Positions 49,548-60,477 are shown, counted from the first letter of the stretch. The stretch: DNA of 64,000 bases from Bacteroidota bacterium (GCA_023381615.1 JAMCQL010000075.1:5500-69499); one strand, 5' to 3'. A program made the numbers and translations. Notes: generated by a model from the sequence alone, not told the origin.

Positions 49548-49863
49548 GCACTGAACCCCGAACATGGAACACCTGAGAGGCGATTACCCTCAGTTCTATA
49601 ACGAGTACTTTGCGGCGAGGCAGATCAAGGACGCGGGGATGAGGCACAGACCGGCAGAGCCGGCTCCGCCGCCAGCGCAGAAGTGAGGATGATCCAGGAT
49701 ACAAGGGTGATATAGATATAAGTGACCGTCATCTTAAAGATGACGGTCACTTATGCTTCGGATGTGATTGCGTGTTTGAAAGTAAAGGATTTAAGAACAT
49801 TGTGACACGGAGGCACGCCGCACTGGATTTGACTATTCAAGTGGCGCGAATCAAAACCTCGGG

Positions 49864-50163
49864 ATGGGTCAGCAGACATCGGCCACTAAAAGTATCCCGG
49901 AGCTCTTCAGAGATGCCGACGAGATCATCTACGAAGATATAAACGGTCTCATGGAACATGTCGAAGAGGACTACCCGGACCTGTATGCCCAGTTCGACGA
50001 GGCGAAGAAGATGGAACCATTAGCCGCATGGTCACATCACGACGAGTTGAAAAGTGTTGAAGGTCTTATCGTACTGCGTTACTTTAACGGCAAGGATTAT
50101 TTGAGATGTATAGGCATTATGGAGAAGATGAATAGTATGGAAGGGAATCAGGATGACATATAA
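49864..50163 (+). CDS. hypothetical protein
   Basis: Track ORF only. Confidence 0.3.
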   Translation: MGQQTSATKSIPELFRDADEIIYEDINGLMEHVEEDYPDLYAQFDEAKKMEPLAAWSHHDELKSVEGLIVLRYFNGKDYLRCIGIMEKMNSMEGNQDDI

Positions 50164-50371
50164 GGTAGTAATAACATACGACTCCGAATATGAAGGTTAC
50201 GTGGTGGACGTGCCGGAACTTAACGGCTGTATGAGTGAGGGAAAGACTCTCGATGAAGCACTCAGCAATGTGAAGGACGCGATCAAAGGTTGGCTCTACG
50301 TCGAAAGCAAGCATGGTCGTGCAGGGATTGCCCATATTCAAGACATCCTTGTGGGAGAGGTAACAATCTGA
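50153..50371 (+). CDS. hicB: HicB-family antitoxin
   Basis: YKVVITYDSEYEGYVVDVPELNGCMSEGKTLDEALSNVKDAI. Confidence 0.75.
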   Translation: MTYKVVITYDSEYEGYVVDVPELNGCMSEGKTLDEALSNVKDAIKGWLYVESKHGRAGIAHIQDILVGEVTI

Positions 50372-50620
50372 TTGGGTGTTCTCTCAAACATTTCGGGTAG
50401 GGATGCTGTAAAGATTTTCTGTAAGTTCGGGTATGTCGTTGATCATCAGACAGGAAGCCATATAATCTTGTACCATTGAGCCATAGGCTCATCAGCCTTT
50501 GGCTGAGAAACCAGGCCCACATTGTCAATACCTAACCACAAGGAAATTGCACCCGGATTGCTGAGGTCTCAGATAAGAAAGAGTGGTTTGAGTATTGAAG
50601 AGTTTTTGAAGTTTAGATGA
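50372..50620 (+). pseudogene. hicA: HicA-family toxin disrupted by a 38-nt palindromic element and a further frameshift
   Basis: ...RDAVKIFCKFGYVVDHQTGSHIILYH*[TGAGCCATAGGCTCATCAGCCTTTGGCTGAGAAACCAGG]PTLSIPNHKEIAPGLLRSQIRK... Confidence 0.6.
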
Positions 50621-50979
50621 ATTGAGCCCGACTGGTTACCGGTTTTTTCCCCGTTTACTCCTTACCGGTTCCTACGAGTCAAGATATACAAGGGCATCTC
50701 TAATAATTCTATGGACAAAGAATTTACACAGAGTTACACAGAGAAAAGATTTGAGTTTCACAGGGAAACAAATATTCTCCGTTACGAGGTCGATGACTCG
50801 TCCACGACCCTTCGGGTCGATAGACCCGTTGGGACTCGTCGAGCCGTAGGCCTATCGGGCCGACGGCTCGGCTCATCGAGTCGCAGGCCTCGTAGAGGAG
50901 ACAGGGAGAAAGGCGGGATGAAGTGGAAAGGTTAGACTTAAATTGCTATACTTGATGGAGAACGATAAAGGAGCATGAG

Positions 50980-51234
50980 ATGGAAGCGAAGTTGATCATC
51001 CCCGATTCCGTAGTGCGAGCAATTCGTTTGCCGGAAGAAAGGATACAGGGTGAATTGTTAAAAGAATTAGCTGTTTCCTTATATGAACAAGGGATCTTAT
51101 CATTTGGAAAGGCAAGAGAACTGGCCCAGCTCGGGAAATATGAATTCGGGAAATTATTAGGCGAACGGGAAATATTGAGACATTACGGAGATGAAGAGTT
51201 AAGTGATGACATAATATATGCCCGCGGTCAGTAA
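50980..51234 (+). CDS. UPF0175-family antitoxin
   Basis: ELLKELAVSLYEQGILSFGKARELAQL. Confidence 0.75.
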   Translation: MEAKLIIPDSVVRAIRLPEERIQGELLKELAVSLYEQGILSFGKARELAQLGKYEFGKLLGEREILRHYGDEELSDDIIYARGQ

Positions 51235-51268
51235 TACTTCTCCTATGAAAGGCATGAGAGTGAGATGA
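51218..51268 (+). pseudogene. 16-codon stub of a DUF3368/PIN-like toxin
   Basis: MPAVSNTSPMKG... then stop; overlaps the UPF0175 stop as in intact pairs. Confidence 0.35.
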
Positions 51269-51337
51269 TACCTATTACAGTCCATGCGACAACACGTCAA
51301 CAAATAAACTTCCGATTGAAAACAGGAAGGTTTACCA

Positions 51338-51565
51338 GTGAGTAAGATGAAAATGAAATATTTCAAGGATGAGGATATTCTTCATCTCGCCATAACTGAT
51401 GAGGTCGAGGCCAAGAGTGTCGAGCTCAGCCCGAACGTTACGGCCGAAGTAAACGAAAAGGGCGATTTAATAGGTATAGAGATACTTGAGGCAAGTTCGT
51501 TTATTCGTGATTCGATACTGGAGTCATCTCAAGCCAAATTACTCGAGCTCAAACAGGCCGTTTAG
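51338..51565 (+). CDS. DUF2283-family protein, orphan
   Basis: KYFKDEDILHLAI...GDLIGIEILEAS. Confidence 0.75.
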   Translation: MSKMKMKYFKDEDILHLAITDEVEAKSVELSPNVTAEVNEKGDLIGIEILEASSFIRDSILESSQAKLLELKQAV

Positions 51566-51736
51566 TGCCCGAAGGAAAGTCCGGGACCCGAAGAAATAAT
51601 GGTTCATGGCATGGATTACCGAATTGTCGGATTACCTGATCCGCAAATTCTTCAATTCGCCAATCCGTAGGAGCGGTTTCCTGAGAAGCGATGCTTTGTT
51701 ACATTATCAGGCGAAGAAAATATCGAGGAGACAAGT

Positions 51737-51949
51737 ATGGAGTACACAGTAGTTTTGCACAAGGCGGAAGAGGGTGGCTACTGGGCAGAGGTTCCCGCTC
51801 TGGAAGGCTGTTTTTCTCAAGGGGAGACTGTGGAAGAGAGCATGGTGAATATTAGGGATGCCATCGGATCTCACCTAATGGCCCTAAAATCGGAGGGACG
51901 GAAACTGCCTGAGGATCAGGTAATGATAGTCAGCCATGTTGCTGTATGA
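51737..51949 (+). CDS. hicB: HicB-family antitoxin
   Basis: YTVVLHKAEEGGYWAEVPALEGCFSQGETVEE. Confidence 0.8.
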   Translation: MEYTVVLHKAEEGGYWAEVPALEGCFSQGETVEESMVNIRDAIGSHLMALKSEGRKLPEDQVMIVSHVAV

Positions 51950-52167
51950 GCAGAAGCCTTTATGGAATCAAAGGTCAAGATGCGGTCAAGGCTTTCATAC
52001 GGGCAGGCGGCATTGAAAAACCGGGGAAGGGAGATCACGTCAATATTAAAATGCCCAACGGTATGATTGTAACGATCCCCGGTAACAGGGAACTGAAGAT
52101 TGGCTTGCTGAAAAGTGCCATCCGAAAAGCAGGGTTGAGCGAACAAGAATTTCTCGATTTATTGTGA
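51946..52167 (+). CDS. hicA: HicA-family toxin (intact)
   Basis: GQDAVKAFIRAGG...GDHVNIKMPNGMIVTIPGNRELKIGLLKSAIRKAGLSEQEF. Confidence 0.8.
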   Translation: MSRSLYGIKGQDAVKAFIRAGGIEKPGKGDHVNIKMPNGMIVTIPGNRELKIGLLKSAIRKAGLSEQEFLDLL

Positions 52168-52256
52168 CTCCCATTTCATTGATGGAATAGATTACCGGAT
52201 TATCGTATTTATCGGGTTACCGAATTCTCAAATTCGAAAATCCAAAAATTCGTTAA

Positions 52257-52636
<380 letters not shown>

Positions 52637-52801
52637 AGATGTGGCCGAAAACCCAACTCCAAAAGATTGAACCGCAAAGGACGCAAAGGATGCGCAAAGG
52701 ACACGAAGAAAAGAATTGTTTTTGCAATGAAACGTCCTTTGCGAACTTTGCGCCGACTTCGCGCTCTTTGCGGTTAGGCTTTTCGGCCGCATCTCTATGA
52801 C

Positions 52802-52944
52802 TGTTTGCTGAAGGTTGGACTGAGAGGCAGGTCCTTGAGAACTATCCCACTTTATCATCCGAGAGCCTGCGAGCGGTTTTCTCCTTTGCGATGGAGTGCA
52901 TGCGTGAGGAGTCGGTGTATACGATACCGGGCGGGACAGCGTAA
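52802..52944 (+). pseudogene. 3' fragment of a DUF433 gene (paralog of 60478..60768)
   Basis: AEGWTERQVLENYPTLSSESLRAVFSFAMECMREESVYTIP. Confidence 0.6.
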
Positions 52945-53012
52945 TGAAATTCTTGGCGAACGAGAATTTTCCTTTTTTTAGTATTGGCCTTCTGGTTGCC
53001 CAGCTCTTTTGA
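52944..53012 (+). pseudogene. 22-codon stub of the DUF5615 partner
   Basis: MKFLANENFPFFSIGLL... then stop. Confidence 0.5.
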
Positions 53013-53061
53013 TTTCGCGTTACAGCAGGTAAGGTTGAAGCTGAAAATCAAGCGATGACGC

Positions 53062-53394
53062 TTGAAGCTCAAAGAAACTGTGGTGGATATACAGAACATC
53101 ATTGATTCGATACGGCGTAATCGCATTCGGATTACCGACCACGCAGACGAAGAAGCACAAGCAGACCGTTTGTCCTTTGATGAAATTTTCTTCAGCGTCC
53201 TGCGAGGAGAAATTATCGAAGACTATCCAGCAGATAAACCTTATCCGAGTTGTTTAATTTATGGTGATAGTTTTACAGGTGAGCCAATTCACAGTGTGTG
53301 GGCATGGAACGTTGAAACAAGATGGGCTGTGCTGATCACGGTGTACCGCCCTGATCCCAAACGCTGGATGGATTGGCGCACAAGGAGGAAGTGA
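53062..53394 (+). CDS. DUF4258-like toxin
   Basis: IRITDHADEEAQADRLSFDEI...VLITVYRPD. Confidence 0.75.
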   Translation: MKLKETVVDIQNIIDSIRRNRIRITDHADEEAQADRLSFDEIFFSVLRGEIIEDYPADKPYPSCLIYGDSFTGEPIHSVWAWNVETRWAVLITVYRPDPKRWMDWRTRRK

Positions 53395-53636
53395 TGAAAA
53401 CGTTCGAGCAATGTCCGGTTTGTGGTGGTGAGTTGGTTGAGAAAGAAGTGGAGAAGCTCCTCAGGGGCGGAGTGCATACGGCGGTATTTAGAGTGCAAGC
53501 TGACGTATGCCTGAGATGTGGAGAGCGATTATATTCGGCTGAAACAGTCAGGCGCTTCGAGCAAATCAGGCAGAAGCTGGAAAAGCGGGAGGTCGCGGAG
53601 TTTCAGCCACTAGGACAAACCTTCGAGGTAGTGTAG
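53394..53636 (+). CDS. YgiT-type zinc-finger antitoxin
   Basis: CPVCGG...VCLRCGERLY; TGATG overlap with the upstream gene. Confidence 0.8.
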   Translation: MKTFEQCPVCGGELVEKEVEKLLRGGVHTAVFRVQADVCLRCGERLYSAETVRRFEQIRQKLEKREVAEFQPLGQTFEVV

Positions 53637-53857
53637 ATTGTCAGAAGCTGGGTTGGATGATTAAGAGTGCAGAAGACAGATGTTCGACATCCAGGGTACA
53701 CCTCAAACTTTGAACTCTGAACCCTGAACTTTCAACCCCGAACATTGAACCCTCTTGCTTCTGACATCTGACTTCCGATTTGTGACATCTGTCTTCCGCC
53801 CTTTGCCCGGAGTTTATCCCGCTTGACGAGAAAGTCACTCCGCAATGGAAGCACACA

Positions 53858-54094
53858 TTGAAGTTCACTAAATACTTTGAGGGGATGCGCAGTCGCCCAG
53901 ACCGAGGCATAATCAAGAAAGAGTGGATACAACAGGTCATCGATACTCCCGTGAGGGAGGTCGTTCAGAAGGATGGCCGAATCCGTCTGTGGGCACCCAT
54001 TGAGGAAATGGGGGGTAGGTTCTTACGTGTTATATTGCTTGAGGATCGCGAAACAGTCCACAATGCTTTCTTCGATCGGAGGTTTAGATTATGA
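53858..54094 (+). CDS. small toxin-like protein upstream of DUF2283 (family uncertain)
   Basis: Position and size. GRIRLWAPIEEMGGRFLRVILLEDRETVHNAFFDRRF is recalled from similar gene pairs. Confidence 0.45.
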   Translation: MKFTKYFEGMRSRPDRGIIKKEWIQQVIDTPVREVVQKDGRIRLWAPIEEMGGRFLRVILLEDRETVHNAFFDRRFRL

Positions 54095-54288
54095 AGATAA
54101 AATACTTTCAGGATACCGATACTCTCTATATTGAATTTCGGGAAAAGGAAATAGTGGAGACGAAGGATCTGGATGAGGATACCTTGCTGGACATCGACCA
54201 AGATGGAAATATCTGCGCAATTACCGTCGAACATGCTAAGGAGCGAACGAACATCCCACAATTTTCTTTTGAGCAGATCGCAGCTTGA
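54091..54288 (+). CDS. DUF2283-family protein
   Basis: KYFQDTDTLYIEF...GNICAITVEHA. Confidence 0.8.
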   Translation: MKIKYFQDTDTLYIEFREKEIVETKDLDEDTLLDIDQDGNICAITVEHAKERTNIPQFSFEQIAA

Positions 54289-54311
54289 TTGCTGCTTCGA
54301 TCTCCAAGCCC

Positions 54312-54432
54312 GTACCCCGACCCGACAACTACGAACTCTAAACGCAGGCCTCCTAACCCTGAACCCCGAACCTTGAACCCCGAACCACGAACTCCGAACC
54401 CAGAATCCCGAACCAAGAACAGCGAACCTGAA
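54312..54432 (+). repeat. heptamer tract
   Basis: GAACCCCGAACCTTGAACCCCGAACCACGAACTCCGAACCCAGAATCCCGAACCAAGAACAGCGAACC. Confidence 0.8.
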
Positions 54433-54630
54433 ACAGGAGAACCGGAGAAAGGGTCTACGGCTCGACGAGCCGTCAACGACCCTATCGGGTCGCAGACCCG
54501 TAGGGAGCCGTCGACCTCGTAGAGGAGAAGCGGAGAAGTTAAGAGGGATTACTTTTGGATATGCGTGCGGGGTTGTATATGATTGATGGGTTTGGTTATG
54601 TTGTTGCCTGTCAAAGAGGAAAGGACTAGA

Positions 54631-54843
54631 ATGAATCGAGAACAAGTCGAAGAAATATTCAGTGCCTTGAACGGACTGCCATCCGAAAAAGTCACGGAGG
54701 TCAAGGATTTTGTTCTATTTCTAAAGGAGCAGTACGGTTTCTGTAAGACGGTCCATGAAGGGGACTCGTGGAGCCAGGAGGATATCGACGACCTCACAAA
54801 GGCGGTTTTGAATTACGCCGATGCGGACGAACGGCAACCGTGA
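54631..54843 (+). CDS. DUF2281-like antitoxin
   Basis: LPSEKVTEVKDFVLFLKEQ. Confidence 0.55.
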   Translation: MNREQVEEIFSALNGLPSEKVTEVKDFVLFLKEQYGFCKTVHEGDSWSQEDIDDLTKAVLNYADADERQP

Positions 54844-55172
54844 TGGTCGAACCGGGCGACGTTGTTACCGTAGATTTCCCAGGGACACTGGGAACCAAAC
54901 GACGTCCTGCTGTGGTGGTTTCGACAGAAACGTACCATGCGTCTCGCCCTGATGTTATTCTTGCGCTCCAGACAAGTCAGACCACAAAAGCAGCAAGCCC
55001 GACGGATTACATTTTGCAGGATTGGAGCATCGCTGGGCTGCGGAACGCCTCAGCTTTGCGTTCTTTTCTCGCAACTGTCCCTGCTTCAAGTGTTTCTGTA
55101 GTAGGGCACCTGTCAAGCCGTGACTGGCAAGAAGTACAAGCACGTTTACGAATAGCGTTGGCCGTTGCCTGA
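54843..55172 (+). CDS. PemK/MazF-family toxin
   Basis: PGDVVTVDFPGTLGTKRRPAVVVS; TGATG overlap with the upstream gene. Confidence 0.8.
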   Translation: MVEPGDVVTVDFPGTLGTKRRPAVVVSTETYHASRPDVILALQTSQTTKAASPTDYILQDWSIAGLRNASALRSFLATVPASSVSVVGHLSSRDWQEVQARLRIALAVA

Positions 55173-55605
55173 AGAACCTCGATGTTAAATTCCGACTCTC
55201 GTTACTGATTACTGTCTCTTGCCATCTTTCCGCTGACTGCTAAATGCTGATATGTTTTAACTATTCACTTTTCATTTTTCACTGCTCCATCAGCGAGGCC
55301 TAACCCGCCTCCAGTTGTTCCTTTGCCTCGGTCACAGAAGCAATAGAGCGCGTGAATGGTAGACAGTAGGTAGGGGGTAAGTAGTGACCTGCACTGCTAT
55401 GGCAAGTCACGCGGCGGCCGTGGGCTTAGCAAAGATGCAGGAAGGGCAGGAAACGGTGAAAGGACCCATTTGGTGGGTTCAGACATGACCAGACGCCAGT
55501 GGAGTGAGAGATTCTGATTATGGGAAGGACGTCTTAGATGTGGAATAGTCAATGCTGGTATGATAACTTTATTTTTTTATATGATGAAAAGGAAGCGTTA
55601 AGGTC

Positions 55606-55881
55606 ATGATGGAAACAAAGACAGCATATAAGTATATCGTGAAAAAATACGGGGATAATGAGCCTGTAATCGAAAACACGAGGATTAGTGTTAGAGACAT
55701 TGTGGAACAATGGAGACTCGGCTCAACTCCGGAAGAGATTACGATGGCATACCCGCATATAAATCTGTCTCAGGTTTTTGAGGCATTGGCTTATTATCAA
55801 GATAATATGGGCGAGATCGAGCATTTCATTGAAATAAACAAAGTCTCGGAGAGTCTTAGTGGTAAGCCTTTATCTCGATGA
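55606..55881 (+). CDS. DUF433-family protein (near-identical copy of 46031..46306)
   Basis: One aa difference (RISVRD here, RICVRD in the other copy). Confidence 0.8.
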   Translation: MMETKTAYKYIVKKYGDNEPVIENTRISVRDIVEQWRLGSTPEEITMAYPHINLSQVFEALAYYQDNMGEIEHFIEINKVSESLSGKPLSR

Positions 55882-56083
55882 GGATATTCACGGGCTTTTG
55901 GCGGTATTGTTGAGGGCAAGAAACATATCGGTTGAGACTACGCAAGAAAGCAGAATGCTCGGCAAAGAAGATCGGGAACAACTGGAGTATGCGACGAAGA
56001 GAGGCGCTGCCATTGTGACCCACAATAGGGTCGATTTCGAGAAGTTATTTGCAGATTATACTGATATGGGGCATAAGCTATGA
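55859..56083 (+). CDS. DUF5615-family protein (identical translation to 46284..46508)
   Basis: Track ORFs have the same sequence. Confidence 0.7.
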   Translation: MVSLYLDEDIHGLLAVLLRARNISVETTQESRMLGKEDREQLEYATKRGAAIVTHNRVDFEKLFADYTDMGHKL

Positions 56084-56116
56084 GCTATCAGCAAGATTGC
56101 CATGAGCTATTACAAT

Positions 56117-56214
56117 CCCGAACCCCGAACTACGAACTAAGAACCCCTAACTTCGAACCCCGAACCTTGAACCTCGTACCACGAACTCCGAACCCAGAAC
56201 CCCGAACCACTAAC
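56117..56214 (+). repeat. heptamer tract abutting a gmd stub
   Basis: ...GAACCCCGAACCTTGAACCTCGTACCACGAACTCCGAACCCAGAACCCCGAACCACTAAC-ATG. Confidence 0.85.
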
Positions 56215-56277
56215 ATGAAAAAAGCTTTGATCACTGGCATCACCGGTCAGAACGGTTCCTACTTTGTTCAATGTTGA
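56215..56277 (+). pseudogene. gmd: gmd 5' stub (17 codons)
   Basis: [16 protein letters not shown] then FVQC*. Confidence 0.75.
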
Positions 56278-56324
56278 ACGTTTATAATGGGTTTTTGATA
56301 TTATGCTAATGCAGGAAAGGAACT

Positions 56325-56612
56325 ATGCCAATTCCAGTAGAAGTTAGACCGCTTGATAGATATCGGTTGTGGGTGAAGTACTCAGACGGGACTGAGGGCG
56401 TTGCCGATTTGTCGGACCTTGTTGGCAAGGGAGTCTTTGCACTCTGGAATGATTATGAAGAATTTAAGAAAGTTCATATAGGCGCGAGCGGCGAAATTGC
56501 CTGGAGCGAGCAGATCGACGTGTGTCCGGACGCAATCTATCTTAAGATTAGCGGCAAGAAACCCGAAGACTTGTTTCCGCGATTGAAAGAAATGACTAGT
56601 CAGCGTGCCTGA
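56325..56612 (+). CDS. DUF2442-family protein
   Basis: LWVKYSDGTEGVADLS...IAWSEQIDVCPDAIY. Confidence 0.8.
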   Translation: MPIPVEVRPLDRYRLWVKYSDGTEGVADLSDLVGKGVFALWNDYEEFKKVHIGASGEIAWSEQIDVCPDAIYLKISGKKPEDLFPRLKEMTSQRA

Positions 56613-56865
56613 AATCAGCCGCTTCTTTGGCATTGTCATCAGGATGTACTTTGACGATCATTTGCCGCCACACTTCCACGCAGAGTACGGTGAATATAAG
56701 GCAGTTGTGGAAATTCAGAGCCTGATGGTTATTGGCGGCTACTTTCCACCGCGCGCATTGGGATTGGTTGTTGAATGGGCAACGCTACATCGTGACGAGC
56801 TGCTTGAAGTCTGGGACAGGGCCGTCAAACTGCAGCCCTTACCGAAGATTCCGCCACTTACATAG
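56605..56865 (+). CDS. DUF4160-family protein
   Basis: MPEISRFFGIVIRMYFDDHLPPHFHAEY. Confidence 0.85.
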   Translation: MPEISRFFGIVIRMYFDDHLPPHFHAEYGEYKAVVEIQSLMVIGGYFPPRALGLVVEWATLHRDELLEVWDRAVKLQPLPKIPPLT

Positions 56866-57257
56866 CAATAGGACACTGGCGGATGTCAGGGTGCGGCACA
56901 GGGACTACTTGATAACGCTGAGCACGCACCCTCGCATATTTAACCTTGAAAAATTTGCTGTGAGCTATCAACTAAATCAACCACGAATCCGTCTCTCCGA
57001 GCCGAGCGCTTCGACGCGAGGTCCCGCCATAAATGATCCGGACGGGCCGGATCTTCGACAACGGACCCCGGACTAAGGACCGTTTGATGCAAAGTGGTTC
57101 TGCAGGTGGATTATTTTAGTGATTGTTCCTGTTCCGGAGAGAAGCTTTCAGAAATTGAATCTGTGATTGTGCAACCGCAGCCTTTCAACTCCAAACTCAG
57201 CACCCAGAACCTTCTAGCGTGAGACAACGAATCAGGCAATCTGAGGGAGTGATGTAA

Positions 57258-57509
57258 GTGAAGGACAAAGTGCTGAGCACGGTGCTTTCCGGGTTGTCGG
57301 ATAAGAACGTAAGATTTGAGGATTTGAGAAAGTTGCTTTTGAGACTGAATTTTACCGAGAGGAACAAAGGAGATCACCACATATTTCATAAGGAACATGT
57401 GGCTGAGATCATAAACCTGCAACCTCTCAATGATGGCAAGGCGAAAGCGTATCAGGTAAAGCAGGTAAGAAATCTGTTGCTGAAATACAAACTGCATAAT
57501 GAGGGATGA
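57258..57509 (+). CDS. hicA: HicA-family toxin (intact)
   Basis: GDHHIFHKEHVAEIINLQPLNDGKAKAYQVKQVRNLLLKY; GTG start. Confidence 0.8.
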   Translation: MKDKVLSTVLSGLSDKNVRFEDLRKLLLRLNFTERNKGDHHIFHKEHVAEIINLQPLNDGKAKAYQVKQVRNLLLKYKLHNEG

Positions 57510-57510
57510 A

Positions 57511-57720
57511 ATGCACAGGTATGAGCTCGTTATTTACTGGAGTATGGACGACGCATCTTTTGTGGTTGAAGTACCTGAACTTCCAGGGTGCATGGCTGAC
57601 GGGAAGACCTATAATGAAGCGGTGAAGAATGCGGAAGTTGCGATCGATGAATGGATCGATACAGCAGAAGAATTAAAGAGAGAGATACCCAAACCTAAAG
57701 GCAAACTGGCGTACGCATGA
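57511..57720 (+). CDS. hicB: HicB-family antitoxin
   Basis: YELVIYWSMDDASFVVEVPELPGCMADGKTYNEAVKNAEVAI. Confidence 0.8.
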   Translation: MHRYELVIYWSMDDASFVVEVPELPGCMADGKTYNEAVKNAEVAIDEWIDTAEELKREIPKPKGKLAYA

Positions 57721-58703
57721 TTCGTCTTCCGTATGACTATCTGTATTTCCATGCGGCTTTGTCGAAGCCTGAACGGCGAACCACGAAGCGGGATCGCTAT
57801 GCCCCGTGCACCCCGTCCCGAACTTCGAACCAGGAACTAAGAACCTTTCACTGCTTACCACTATCACCTATGAGCCCAATTGCCATCAGCTAATTCAACC
57901 CCGAACCACGCACTACGAACTCTGAACTTCGAACTCTATGCGCCATGCTCTTTGCTCTTCAACCCTGAACACACAACATGCAAGGATTAAGTTTGTGTGA
58001 AAAAGATCATAGGAGTTGGAAAACGCTCACAAAGCTCTTGAAGTCTTCCTGCGGCTCTATTATATTGAGGCCAGAGATTTTTTTTGAGCGTCGGTTGACC
58101 AATCAAGCTTACTTGCAGAGAGCACCGGAAGAAACTCTGTCGCTATGTGCCATGAGCGAAAGCAGCTGATAGTCGCAGATCCGCCTCCGGTGGACAGTTA
58201 GCTCATAACTGATAGGAAGAAAAGCCTGTTTTGGTTTCCTGCGGTTGCTATGAGCCATGAGCCACAACCTATGAGCTACCCTGTGAGTGAGTCACCGCAA
58301 GTCGGGATCGCGACAAGCGCGAATGGCGAAGCCGACCGAAGGGAGGTGGCGCTGAAAGCGCCACTGGGTCCGATGGGACTCAGATGGCGAAGCTGTGAGA
58401 AGAGCGTGGTGCAGAGAGCATGGAGCAAAGAGCATAGAGCGGGAATGAGGAGTTCGGAGGATCGTGATTTCGAAGTGCTGTCTCCTCCCGCATTGCGAGA
58501 AGAGACGAGCCGCGACTGAGTCGGGCGAATTTCGGATCGGTAATCAAATTAATCCTATAAATCCTGGTCGAAATCATGAGAATCCCGGTCCAAGATGCAA
58601 GGTGCCGGCGGCGAGCATGAATCGGGTACCCCGGATCCTCTTACGGATCACTTCGAACCTTAAATTGAGAACCTTTGAATCCGCGGCAAAATGTTGAGGG
58701 GCA

Positions 58704-58967
58704 GTGAAGAAAGTCGAGATCATTCCAGTCGCGCAAAGAAAAGCAGAGAAACGGGGAATAAAAGTCGAATGGATAACTGATGCAGTTACAAATCCTGCTC
58801 AAGTAGTAAGTGGCTATGGCGGAAGAAGGGTCGCGCATAAGTTGATTTGGATTGACGAAAAGGAATATCTTCTGAGAGTCGTTTATGAGGACGACAACGA
58901 GGTGTTTACCGTCGTGACAGCTTATATTACGTCACAGATAAAACGTTACTGGAAGGAGGAAGAGTAG
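58704..58967 (+). CDS. DUF4258-like toxin
   Basis: AQRKAEKRGIKVEWI...YLLRVVYEDDNEVFTVVTAY. A 3' scrap of a paralog lies at 33125-33158. Confidence 0.65.
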   Translation: MKKVEIIPVAQRKAEKRGIKVEWITDAVTNPAQVVSGYGGRRVAHKLIWIDEKEYLLRVVYEDDNEVFTVVTAYITSQIKRYWKEEE

Positions 58968-59186
58968 ATGAAAATAGAGTATGATCCAAAGCATGATCTT
59001 TTGAACATTGAGTTTATCCCGGGTGAGAGTATCGGCGAGTCCAGCGAAACCGATGGAGTGATTATCGATTACGCAAAGGACGGCAGGATAGTCGCTATTG
59101 AGATTTTGGATGCGGGAAAGCGGACGACCAGAAACCCGCTCGATCTGCTTGACCTTTCCATAGTGAAGGAGAAAGCAACTGTATGA
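58968..59186 (+). CDS. DUF2283-family protein
   Basis: MKIEYDPKHDLLNIEF...GRIVAIEILDAG. Confidence 0.85.
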   Translation: MKIEYDPKHDLLNIEFIPGESIGESSETDGVIIDYAKDGRIVAIEILDAGKRTTRNPLDLLDLSIVKEKATV

Positions 59187-59370
59187 TTATGATAATGTTT
59201 GGCTTAATGCCGGAACCGGTCGGCGGCAAAATCTCCTCTTTGACTCGCCGCCAGGAATAAGGCCTCGAAATCTCAGAACACTTCGAACCATGAACCCTGA
59301 ACATGGAACCCTGGATCTCTCATGTGGAGTCTACCCCGTTTTCAACGGGGCTCTCTGCTCCATGCGCCCA

Positions 59371-59498
59371 ACCACGAACCACGCACCAAGAACCATGAAC
59401 CTTGAACACCGAACCCTGAACATTGAACGCTGAACATCTAACCCTGAACCCCGAACCTTGAACCTCGTACCACGAACTTCGAACTCCGAACCACTAAC
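59371..59498 (+). repeat. heptamer tract (~17 units) abutting a gmd start
   Basis: ACCACGAACCACGCACCAAGAACCATGAACCTTGAACACCGAACCCTGAACATTGAACGCTGAAC...GAACCACTAAC-ATG. Confidence 0.85.
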
Positions 59499-60082
59499 AT
59501 GAAAAAAGCCCTCATCACCGGTATCACCGGCCAGGACGGCTCATATCAAGCCGAACTTTTACTCGAGAAGGGATACGAAGTCCACGGGATTATCAGAAGG
59601 TCCAGCTCTTTCAATACCGGACGTATTGATCACCTCTACAATAATCCTGAGATAAACGGCAAGACGTTTTTCCTCCACTACGGTGACGTCACCGATACGA
59701 GCAATTTGAACAGGCTTCTTGAGAAAGTGGAGCCCGATGAGATATACAACCTGGCAGCCCAGAGTCATGTCAAAGTCTCCTTTGAAGTGCCTGAATATAC
59801 CGCCGAGGTAGATGCCGTTGGCACTCTTCGTTTCCTCGACGCGATAAGAGAGACAGGACTTAAAACGAAATTTTACCAGGCATCGACGAGTGAACTTTTT
59901 GGCAAAGTCCAGGCTGTCCCCCAGAATGAGAAGACTCCGTTTTATCCGAAGTTGATATGTTGATAGGTGATGCTTCGAAAGCAAAAGAGAAGCTCGGCTG
60001 GAAGCCGGAGATAAAGTTTGAACAATTGGTTAGCCTGATGGCGAAAGCCGATTTCGATGAGGTGAGGAAACGAGGTTTTTAG
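59499..60082 (+). pseudogene. gmd: gmd with internal deletion (~150 N-terminal + 44 C-terminal codons, out of frame)
   Basis: ...EKTPFYP|[44 protein letters not shown]. Confidence 0.85.
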
Positions 60083-60232
60083 TCTCTTACAAGTAAAGTC
60101 TGTGAAATAAGACCAAGAAATTGCACACCAAAAAAACACGGAAAGAACTGATGACCACAGATGAAATCTCTTTTTTAAATGATAAAAACCCGTGAGAATC
60201 TGTTTCATCTGTGTTATCCGTGTGCCATCTTT

Positions 60233-60292
60233 GGTTTCGGTTCAGCCGAGTAGGAGTTCTGGGTTCTTCGTTCGAAGATATCGGTTCGAAGT
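60233..60292. repeat. reverse-orientation heptamer tract downstream of the last gmd remnant
   Basis: GGTTTCGGTTCAGCCGAGTAGGAGTTCTGGGTTCTTCGTTCGAAGATATCGGTTCGAAG. Confidence 0.65.
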
Positions 60293-60477
60293 CGGACGTT
60301 TCCCGAGTGTGGAGCCTACAGGGGTCTGCGACAAAAATATAAAACACATAGGCACATAGGGCACATTAACGAATAAATCTATGTTTTCTAATGTGCCTAT
60401 GTGGTTAATCTATTGCTTTTTACAAATTTGTCGCAGACCCAGCCTACAGGTGTTATTGGAGATTTCAATGTAGTTTT

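Noticed and set aside
53965-54645. 226-aa minus-strand ORF. Related ORFs occur at 41587..42045, 48090..48566 and 52547..52858.
   Set aside because: They read through word and heptamer repeats, giving low-complexity translations (GSGFRVRS, SPLRGRR), and they overlap better + strand genes.
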